A stretch of DNA of 60,025 nucleotides, the filler included, from Asterionella formosa (lineage: Eukaryota): the NCBI GenBank assembly GCA_002256025.1. It is 10 parts of 10 records of this genome, joined end to end, with 100 filler letters (N's around TTAATTAATTAA, not from the genome) between each part and the next. Parts side by side here need not be neighbours in the genome. Positions count along the whole stretch, not along the records: positions 1 to 5,937 come from NKIB01012880.1; positions 6,038 to 11,973 come from NKIB01012881.1; 8 more parts are not named here. The stretch is one strand, 5' to 3'. Below, in pieces: positions 1 through 9,781 of the stretch. The translations under genes were made by a program, and so were the position numbers. The notes under the pieces were generated by a model. That model worked only from the letters and a program-made list of their open reading frames with translations, did not search any database and was not told where the DNA came from. The stretch's first letter is position 1. Each line of letters opens with the position of its first letter.

Positions 1-799
1 GTTTCATGCTAATTTTATTCTTCGAAACAGTGAAACGTCAAGAAAACACAACAATGAACAGGGCAATAGAGGGGTGGCCTGAAGCAAAAGTAAGCCCAAG
101 TAAGCAAAGTGAACAAACTAAGCAATAGTAAGCAAGTCTTGCTTACTTTGCTTTATTCTCTCCAAACTCAAAATCGATCTCCTTTTCTAGCCGAAGTGAT
201 GAAAACAACCTATCTTAATCAACGGTTTTCAAAGTTGTTGGGGTTCAAAATTTGTAACTGCCAGCAACATGATAGCAACAAGCAAGAACCCGATATAACT
301 AGTATTATTGACTACCAGTATGTATGCATGTATACTACTGGTATACACTGTATCAACTGTCAACAGATGAAGATAATAGTATACCAGTGCTGATGTTATG
401 TATACTGTATCAACTGTCAACGAGAAGGAAATGTATAATGAACACAATAGTATTCCAGTACTTACTGGTACTAGTAAGCAAACAATTTTGAAATCTCATC
501 ACCATCATGGCATGCTTCCATCATTCCCATCTCACAATGACTCCATTTTGTGGCATTGGCAGATACAAGCAATCAAATTTAAGCTAATAAACAACTTGTT
601 TCACATCTTTTGCTTTGTGAATCTATAAATTTCGGCAAAAAATACGCTATCGCCTATTTCAATTTTCGTTGTCAATATGAGAGTTATTACAACTATTATT
701 CCTTTACGATTGTTTTTTCAATATTGTACTTAATATATGTACCTAATAGCAAAGCTTTGCTCTCATTTTTCATGGAGATATTTTTTGAATTCGAAATGG

Positions 800-1085
800 T
801 CAAGGCTGAGATGACATGATGCACCATGCATTCTCCTGGTGAAAGAAGTTTGAACACAATAAGAAAAAGCTGCGCTAGTTCAAATGCCTTCTGAGCTGGA
901 CATTTTCCTGGTGCCACAACACCAAAGTATAGGAAGCAACAGTTACTGTCGCAAACAGCTTGAACATTCAATGCATATGACAATTAATGACCAGACCAAT
1001 TTAATGCCTGAGGGCATCTGTCACGATCCTTTTTCTTGGTTTTGGCAATAGGCTGTAAATACTCATCTATACACCAACGCATAAA
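800..1085 (-). mobile_element. Degenerate PIF/Harbinger (DDE_Tnp_4-like) transposase fragment
   Basis: Minus strand reads ..IDEYLQPIAKTKKKD..WSGH*LSYALNVQAVCDSNCCFLYFGVVAPGK, matching the Harbinger motifs IDG...YSGHY...LNVQAVCD...F...PG. Contains a stop and is broken. Confidence 0.75.
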
Positions 1086-1576
1086 CGAAACAGTTGCTGC
1101 TCAAAGGCAAGAAAGGCATCCAATCTCAATCGTTTTCGGACAGACTATGACAAGCTCTTGAAAAAGGATTGTTTCGGTGAAAATCCGATTTACTGGACAT
1201 CAATGTTCAGGACGCGCTTCCAGATGAGCCGGTCATTGTTTGATAAGATTCTTGATGATTTGGTTGCTTCGGATTCTTAATTTTGTCAGAAGAAGCATCA
1301 TGCCTTGTTGGGTTTGCTGGGATTTTTGCCACACCCAAAACTTACCTTGGAACATATGAAATATGCAAGATTTTAATGATGGGCAATATCGGACCTTTGG
1401 CAACTTTCGAGGTGAAGATAGGAAATATAAAATATATATTTTATATGATGGGCAATAGTAGGCTAAAATTGACATTTATGCTAAATTTGTGGGCAGTAGG
1501 TAAGCGAATGACGCGACGATAGCTAGAGCGGGAATTGCCTCAACAATACCCTTCTCGGCAGCTGCTGGCATTCTCG

Positions 1577-1689
1577 TATACATGTGTACTCAGCTGGGAT
1601 GGCACTCGTAGGGTGACCTTCTCGCAGCGCTGGGGGCGCCACTCGTACAGTCAACCTACTCGCGCCACCCAGCCTCGAACACATGTATA
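1577..1689. mobile_element. Short fold-back/MITE-like element
   Basis: Left TATACATGTGTACTCAGCTGGG versus reverse complement of right TATACATGTGTTCGAGGCTGGG; imperfect palindrome continues inward; TA on both flanks. Confidence 0.55.
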
Positions 1690-3959
1690 ATCGCAAACAA
1701 GAGACCACCTCGGGCGTGTGTTGCCTTCAGCAAAACATACCTACTCAAAACTCTAAGTCTACGAGACCCTTTTTGCACATTCAAATTCCGATTCCAGTAT
1801 TTTGGCGACTGCTGAAAAAGTCGATCAGGTCGACTTTTTAGAGGAGGATTGCTCTACATCTGCGGGGTTTCATGAAGATTAAAATAGATAGCCGTGTACC
1901 CTACATATAACGTGAGGAGCAAACTTCTGGGGAGAAACTGCAGTTATGTATCATAGATATTTTCAAAGCTTCGTAGCCCCTTCCTTTGACTATTTTTGTG
2001 AAAGTTACGAATCTACGATAAATGACTGTAGTTTCTTTCCAGAAATGAGTTCCCTAACATATCCGAAGATAGAACATATCCCTAAGTCGACCAATAACTG
2101 TACCGGTATCTAAGCATATGCAAAAAGGTCATATCGGTGAAAGCTAATTTTACCTTTTACTATTTTATTTTGTTGTACGTAGCTAATGTGTGGATTAAGG
2201 TACATCAAGAAATTATTTTGGGAAAAAAGAACCTCGTAATGTGTAACTGCGGGGCCGCAACCTTAAAGCCGCAGTGATGTTAAGGTTCCTGCATTTGAAT
2301 TCCCTAGCTCGAGGTAGGAGGGCTCTTAAAACAATATTAAGTCAGATTAGCCAATCATACACTTCTTACAAGCAAGTAAAACATAAATGTATATCGCTAA
2401 ACAAAGCTTTCACCAATATACACCCTTTAAGTATGCTTAGAAACAGTCATTGATCAAAGTAGGTACAGGTCAATGCTATCTATTGTCGGAATAAGGTTCT
2501 GGCGAGGAAATGCAGAAAGGAAATAGTGGATTTGACGGGGCCAAATTTTTTATTTAGTCTAAAAAAACCGAAGTTCCTTTCTGCACTTTCTCGCCGAAAG
2601 TTAACTTTTGGGCTATACGAAGAATACCTATGTAATTAACTCTTCTTCAAACCCTGTCAACGTTGAGCTTTCATCGTCCAAAAATTTGACAATTTCAGTC
2701 TTTTCAACGATCTCAAGAACGTCAGAATCAGAATCACTAATCGCCGAAACATCATCAGAAAAAGTGTCTTGTGTTTCAATTTTTCGTCCTACCATCGCCT
2801 GTTCAAAAAATTCCATTGTAAGTGCCCGCTTCACTATAAATATATTTATTGGCCAAGTTCAATAACTTACTGATATATGTTTTGTACTGCCGTAGTATGG
2901 GGTTGATAATTCATCATCTGTCTTGACGATGATGAACTGATCGGACTCAATATCTCCACGAAAATTGACAATCAACCATTCCTATTTTGCACATAAATCA
3001 AGCTTAACATAGACGAGGTAATCGTTCAATAATAGAAGTTTTTGATCCAATTTTGACCGCGAAAATTTGAAAATTGCTGCTAGAATTTGTTTTCGTCGTC
3101 GTTTGCTCTATTTTGAAGCTACAACCATAGTAGAGACAACGTTTAGTCCTTGATGAATACTAGCTTAATAACTTTTACTAGATGATTATTTCTATCTACT
3201 GTAAAGATTAATGAGAAACATAGAGAAAATCAAAATCTCGGAAAGGGCGCAATAGCTCAAAATGCAAGAAAACCTCAACCACTTTTCTGTACTGACTTTT
3301 CATGTATGTACCAGGTGATACCCCTTCATGTCGAATAGCCTATTCCAATGGAATCTTGATAAGGTCATTTCAAAGTTACATCTAAACATACATATAGACA
3401 TAGAACAATATGCTGCTTGTTCTTGAAGCGACAAAATATTTGTATGCTAGTAGTATAATTCAGACACTTTTGTTCCAAATTGTATTATTTCGAAGTGAAT
3501 GCTGTTGAGGTGTGATTCTTCCCATCTGGGATGAGCCAAACATAGATCTCGAACACTCTGCTCCAAAGCTTGCTTGCTTTTGCCCAGTCCCAGTGATTGT
3601 ATCTTTACTTGCTGCTACCAGTTATAAATAGCTTTTAGCCACATTATTATATCGTTTTCCGACTAATTCTAGAATTATGCTAAAATCGATCCCCTCTTTC
3701 GCCCTTTGGCACGCACGATATTAGTTAGTTCATTAAGCTACATGAGAATAATATCATTTTTTTACTTGAACATATATTTACTGAGATCTATCCTTTTTTA
3801 AAGTGACAAAACCGGTCGACGTGGCTCAAAGCCATTGATTAAAATGTTACCATACATGGTTATATTTATAGGTAACGGTTAGAAAATATTATATCGTTCG
3901 CAAGTTTTTCTGCTGTAGTTGCATTTTTTTGACTGGTAGTATTGTTCCCATTTTATCTT

Positions 3960-4860
3960 GTCAGTTCCATCAAAGACTCCTCCCATTTTTTTGCAGTAGT
4001 CTTTGCATCGCTCGTTTTTAGATCTTGTCATGTAATAGGATCGACCAAAGGGTGAGAAGGTGGCGTCATTGCAGTTGCAACTGGTACTGCAGTGTCGCCA
4101 CGAATCATGGTGTCATGGTATCAGGTAAGTAGAAGTTGCTTCGACATGAAGACTGGCTGTGTATTTGTTATTGCTTGTTGTTTGCAATTGCCCTTAGTGC
4201 TGTTTCTTTTCGATGGCGGGCAAGGCAAGTTTGTCCAGATTTATTCCATTTCCAGCATCCTCATGATTGCGATACTGTACAACCTGATCATTTAGGGTTC
4301 CAGTGAGGATGCCATGGCTCAAGAAGAAGTTTAGTCTGGATGGGGGAATAAAAGAGACTGATTGATTATTGTTCGCTTCTGTTTGCAGATTCAATACTTT
4401 TCAGTTGAATTTCCAGATGGAGCTACAATTTATAGTTTAATGGACCCAACCTTGTTCAGCAACAGCATTTTGGTTTGTATTGATTTGGGCGAAGGATTCA
4501 TCCCAAGCTTTCGACACCAGATCAACAATGTCATACTTTTCAACAGCAAATGCAGCATGGTGCCTTTCCTTTTGTGTGCATTAATATCTCTCGTATTTTG
4601 TGAGTTCGATATTAAATCTTGAATTTGTCATCAGGGTAGAGATTGATGAGGTATGATGTCCTGCCAACAAGGCTCAACTTTGAATCATTTAGTTTCAAAG
4701 TAGCAAGGAATTGCACTATCGAATTGCTTAGTTGCCTTTCCCGCCTGATTTAGCTTTTGCAAATGGTACTGGACCATAGGATTTGTCAGCCGAGCCAGTG
4801 TAGCTGCCTTCGATGCAACAATATTCGATATTGCAACATAAGGTAGTTTGCCATTGTTAT
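3960..4860 (-). mobile_element. Internally deleted, degenerate pogo/DDE_1-like transposase relic
   Basis: Minus-strand translation gives DIVDLVSKAWDESFAQINTNQNAVAEQGW(G)PLNYKL*LHLEI (~4405-4535), recalled as the post-DDE region of diatom pogo-like transposases, and an N-terminal piece NNNGKLPYVAISNIV..RLTNPMVQYHLQKLN (~4748-4862). Confidence 0.55.
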
Positions 4861-5937
4861 TTACATTTCAAAGTTTCTAACTCCATAACTATATTTTCAT
4901 AAATAAGTTACACTACAGTCTTAGCTAAAGAATTAGGTATCACCTTGTACTTTTTGGATGGTTGAGGCTGTATTCTTGCTGTAGGTTTCATTTTTGTTAA
5001 TGAGATGACTGCAATTTGCTTCATTTTGTGGTGTGTCGGAAGCAATTTCTGCTTTGAATTATGGTCTCTAACATATAAATATGGCTCCATTTTTCGGCCT
5101 TGAAGAAATATTGGATCAATTTACTAAGAGTGACTAGTAGATTCATTTACTGCTATAAGATATGGTTAATGTCGTTTAAACAATGCAACTAAATATATAT
5201 TAGTTATTTAATTTTCTACACAAATGTATATGCCGGCTCAATGTTATAATTTTTTGCCGCTTTTGGGCCAATCACTTCTTTCCGACACATTTATCTCATT
5301 AAAACACAAGTCCTAATAGACAACTACCCGGTACTGTAAAACCTGGTCTCTCGTATCCCTCAATGTTAACAGCCACGACTGATTTTACTTAGAGGGGAGC
5401 ACAAGACATTGGACCTTTTTCGATAATCCAACACTGCGAGCAAACCAACTTCGCCACCCTTTTCGCTGTAGTCTAAAACGTAAATAGCAACATTAAAAGA
5501 TAGATTGTTGCAGGTTCAAACAGTTTCTATGATCAATAGAATTTCTATTTTTGGTGAACTGGCGCGCCCGAGTTTTGTGATGGCATCAATAGTAATTCCT
5601 AGAGTGTGTACAAATCTGTAACTAATCCTACAACCGTATTAACTTGTGTAGACTCTACAACTTGGATCGTGATGGATATTATAATTAGCCAACCACATCA
5701 CTTATATGAATGAGTATTCGACCAGAATCATGACATGCACGAAATATTTTTGCATAACAATGACGCAGCAGACAAAATGATTCTGTGAACACTTCTGGCA
5801 AGCTGACAACATCAAGGCCAGAACTGCCTGAGCCTTAAGCATTCAGCTTGATAATCGCTCCACAACAAGCATCCAAGTTCCAGCTTCGACTTTTGAAATA
5901 GATCTCAGGACAAGGATATCGCCATCGCAAATGTCAT

Positions 5938-6037
5938 NNNNNNNNNNNNNNNNNNNNNNNNNNNNNNNNNNNNNNNNNNNNTTAATTAATTAANNNNNNN
6001 NNNNNNNNNNNNNNNNNNNNNNNNNNNNNNNNNNNNN
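5938..6037. other. Artificial contig linker (N44-TTAATTAATTAA-N44); also at 11974, 17997, 24010, 30010, 36019, 42026, 48027, 54027
   Basis: Identical 100-nt spacer with stops in all six frames every ~6 kb. Confidence 0.97.
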
Positions 6038-7170
6038 GGAAATCCCGCATGGGTTCGAGCTACCGGAGGGGGGTCGAAATGGTCATTGTCTCAAGATTCT
6101 GAAGAACATTTATGGTCAGAGACAGGCAGGTCATACTTGGTCCTTGCATTTGACTAAGGGGCTACTGGGTATTGGTTTCGTACAGAGTCAGGCTGACGAG
6201 TGTATCTACTATAGAGGAAGGACTATATTTATGGTCTATGTAGATGATGGAATTTTTATAAGCCCAGAGTCAAAGTTGATTGATGAATGCATCAAGCTCA
6301 TGCGGTCGATTTTTAATTTGACCGACGAAGGAGATATCTCGGATTATCTGGGTATTGTGACTTCCTCTCCTGTTGACTCCACCATATCGTTGACACAGCC
6401 ACACCTGATTGCCTCCATTGCCGACGACATTGGTTTTACCAACAAGACCAAGTCCAAGGGCGTTCCAGCGTCGGCCACTGTGATATTGCAGAGGGATCTT
6501 GATGGAGATGATTTTTCGGAACATTGGTCCTATCGCTCGGTCATTGGAAAACTGAACTTCCTTGAGAAATCGACTCGCGGTGGCAGTCCGAAATATTGTG
6601 CGTTACCTCATTGGCACATCCCACCAAGGTATTCTCCTGCATCCCGATGATCACTCTTTTGTGGTGTTGGCAGACGCGGATTTCTGTGGAAATTGGAACA
6701 AAGAGACAAGCGTTAGTGACACAATGACGGCCAAATCCCGCTCGGGGTATGCAATTACGTACGCTTCCTGCCCGGTGCTGTGGGCCTCCAAATTGCAGAC
6801 AGAGGTGGCTCTATCCACCACTGAGGCAGAGTATGTGTGTCTCAGTCAGTCATTGCGAGATACCATTCCGTTAATGCGATTGCTAGAAGAAGTAAAGCGA
6901 AAACTTGATCACAATGTGATTGCGGTGCCTGCCGTTCGTTGCACACTATTTGAGGATAATTCCGGTGCGTTGGAATTAGCTCGCACTCCCAAGATGCGTC
7001 CCCGCACCAAGCACATCAACATTAAGTACCATCATTTCCGTGAGTATGTTCAAAGGAAGCTCATATTTATAGAGCATGTCGATACGCAGCATCAAGTGGC
7101 TGACATGTTCACCAAGCCGCTCCCGTTGGCGGCTTTCCTATGTCATCGCAAAGCTTTGCAAGGCTGGTAG
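6038..7170 (+). mobile_element. pol: Ty1/Copia pol 3' part (RT + RNase H), frameshifted by an internal deletion
   Basis: KNIYGQRQAG, YVDD, YLGI, YRSVIGKLNFL, then ADADF, SRSGY, WASKLQTEVALSTTEAEY, EDNSGA, RTKHINIKYHHFRE, ADMFTKPL. The usual PDIxxAVHQCARF segment is missing at ~6578, where the frame changes. Confidence 0.95.
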
Positions 7171-7210
7171 TACCGGTATTCTTGATTTGGCGCAAGTTGC
7201 CTGCTCGAAT

Positions 7211-7605
7211 AAGGGAGTGTGAGAATTATGCATTTCTCATGTGCCCTTGCTCCCTGGTGCCAGGGGTGCAGTGCCATTGGGTATTCAAATGTTTGACGTA
7301 TGTGTGATGGTGAGGCTGTGGTATTAAAGTATCTGATGGGTTTCCGGGTCTCCCCCCTTCATTTTTGTATTGACGATTCGATTTGTAACTTGCTGCCGGA
7401 TTGGGTCCAAGCGGATGTGGTTGGGTCTCTTTTGGCAGTTGGTTGATGGCGAGTCATGCTGCGGTGTAGCGATTCTTCTATTGGCATAATAAGGGTTTTT
7501 GGGCGATGTGTTCAGTCCACAGTCAGGTATATCTGAATGATGAGGGTCTTCTCGTCTTGCTGCTGTTTGGTGCATGTTAGACAGGCTAGCGCGCTTTTGC
7601 AGACA
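7211..7605 (+). mobile_element. Polypurine tract and putative 3' LTR of the Copia element
   Basis: AAGGGAG (7211-7217) directly followed by TG (7218), ~40 nt after the pol stop. Right end (..GCAGACA, 7605) is a guess because the 5' LTR is not in the contig. Confidence 0.6.
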
Positions 7606-7746
7606 ATGCCCAATGATTATGAGACATATAATTGAAACTAGACTAATCTGTTATTGATTTGCGTCTTACTTTGGTTATTGTCAAACTGCATTTATTCGTT
7701 TGAATATTTGCTGGTTTCCCTCATTATAGCCTTATGCCAGTGTTTG

Positions 7747-8427
7747 TCAAGGCTGATTTACTTGCCGGCCGCTTCGACCATGGCGAGCACATCTTACTAC
7801 ACCAGCTTGACAATGACGAGAAAACTCAAAATGTTGGGTTGAAGCGATGAAAAACTTGGTTAATTTTTTTCTGGAGATGCCCAACGCTTTCCTGTCAGAT
7901 TTTTGTAGCTGCTGCCCAACGCTGGAAATATCAGTCCACCCATTTTCGCTCTTCAAGTTCTTCACGATACTTTGCAATTTTGCATAAGCAGTGGAATCAG
8001 GACTTGAATCACAGGCAGCGCTATCAAGGTAAACGAAGTGGTCACATGCGTTTCTATATTTCAGCAGTGTTTTTTTCATGCCAAACCCGATTACGTGCTT
8101 TCCGGACTTTTGAAGGTTCAATGCAAGTGGCATAAAGTCAGAGTCGGAGCTAACGATTGCAAAGCCGTCAACTTGATGAACAATTTCCAAGCCCTTCTTT
8201 ATAAGTGTAGCATCTACACTTGACTTCCCTGTGATTATCAATGGCGTTTTGACTTTGTCAAAGGACCATTCTTTAGCTTTCTTGTCCCACGGCTTGAGGC
8301 TGCCCGAATTGAAGTCTCCGAAAAGTAGACGAATCACAGCATGCCCCCCACAAGATTTTATTTCATTGAACACTAGATCAATCTTTTTACTCGAGATGTT
8401 GTCACAGTCAACTAGAACAGCATACAT
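7747..8427 (-). CDS. NYN-domain (LabA/DUF88 PIN-fold) ribonuclease with one C-terminal OST-HTH/LOTUS domain
   Basis: VDCDN, RLLFGDF, GKSSVD, IVSSDSDF, VIGFG, ACDHFVYLD with catalytic Asp residues intact; then LQSIVKNLKSENGWTDISSVGQQL..LGIS..KLTKFF (LOTUS-like). Confidence 0.88.
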   Translation of the reverse strand: MYAVLVDCDNISSKKIDLVFNEIKSCGGHAVIRLLFGDFNSGSLKPWDKKAKEWSFDKVKTPLIITGKSSVDATLIKKGLEIVHQVDGFAIVSSDSDFMPLALNLQKSGKHVIGFGMKKTLLKYRNACDHFVYLDSAACDSSPDSTAYAKLQSIVKNLKSENGWTDISSVGQQLQKSDRKALGISRKKLTKFFIASTQHFEFSRHCQAGVVRCARHGRSGRQVNQP

Positions 8428-9781
8428 TCCGCGGAGGTCTCGCTTAACGACGCTCCCGGCCTATCGTTGCTGAATAATTACTCGACCAGCACTACTAGGA
8501 TTCAAATACTGAATTATGCAAGGGGAAAACATGGTTGCCTTCTGTTGTTTGCGTTTTATGACCGGTTCCTTGTTCTGCATCCGTACCATGAGTGGAATTC
8601 AAACATCAAATTCATCATCAGTCAAAATCAAATAAATGTTCAGTCAGTGACTTCGTCAGAAATTGGTTGATCTCAAAAATCTTTCATAAGTCTGTCATTT
8701 CTACTCACTCATTTGTAGGCTTGTTGTTGGGATCAGTGTGTTACTACTACTAGCTAGACAAGCATGTTAACGTGTTCAATACTGCTTCATAAGTTGCGAG
8801 CTGTGAGCTGTCTACACAGTTGACATCATTTTCGCCAGTTAAATTTTTGAGTAATCATCCATCCAAATAGCTAATAGCAGTCGACCGCATAATACAATTA
8901 AGTGATACTGGAGTGCCCGATAGGTACCAGGTACCTAGGTGGTGCCACCTATGAGCTAGACTGAAAATCTTACGAAGTGCATATTGAAATTGAAATATTC
9001 AATTTATGTACCGATACATACAGGTAACACCGAAAGAAAGTACCGGTATCTGTTACCGGGAAAACTTAGGGGTACAGGAAGGTCCCATATGTAACGAGTA
9101 GAATTGCATTCGACCAGTTGATGTTTCAATATCATCGCTCACAGGATATACCGGTACCGGTATCCATATTAATCACTGTCGGAGAGTAGTGGTTTCCCAA
9201 GTGATAATTTTCTTGGATAGTCAGAATCGGATCTACCACTTGCAAAGCAAAACAGACAATGAATAATTTTTCAATGCAACATAATCCCTCGATGCGTGAT
9301 GTCGCCTCCTCCGATCCGATGCAATGTGTCCATTAAATCTTTTGGCATTATAACGATCGAATATTCTCTGAGGGGGGGAGGGGGTCGTGGATTCAAAAAT
9401 ATCACCTCTTACCTAGCCAAGTCTTTGACCCTTCTCATATCTTCTTTGTAGACTGCTGAAAATGTGGATTTCTCCTTGTGTTCTCCAGTAAGGCAGCGAA
9501 AGATCCGAGATTGCTTCAAAGAAAGAGGCAAGCTTCTTGTAAAGAATTTAACAATTAAATGTTTCAGCATTCAGTTTCCTTAGTTAGAGGTACACAAAGG
9601 AAGAAAAAGTAGCCGCAACTGTGTGATTTAGCAATTGCTTTTATTGACCTTCATTGCTTGAGTGATGATGTTTAAAGGTTCTTTATGATACGATCGAGTA
9701 TACCCACTACTCATAGTTATGGACGCCTCGTCGTCGATTGTCAGATGCACATAGCTATACAGTGTCTGTTGAAGACTATTT

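Noticed and set aside
2628..2834. Acidic 68-aa ORF
   Set aside because: Short with no recognisable domain; may be a TE tail but unsupported.
5938..6037. TTAATTAATTAA recurring every ~6 kb as a biological periodic repeat
   Set aside because: Always embedded in identical N runs; an artificial linker. Neighbourhood across linkers is meaningless.
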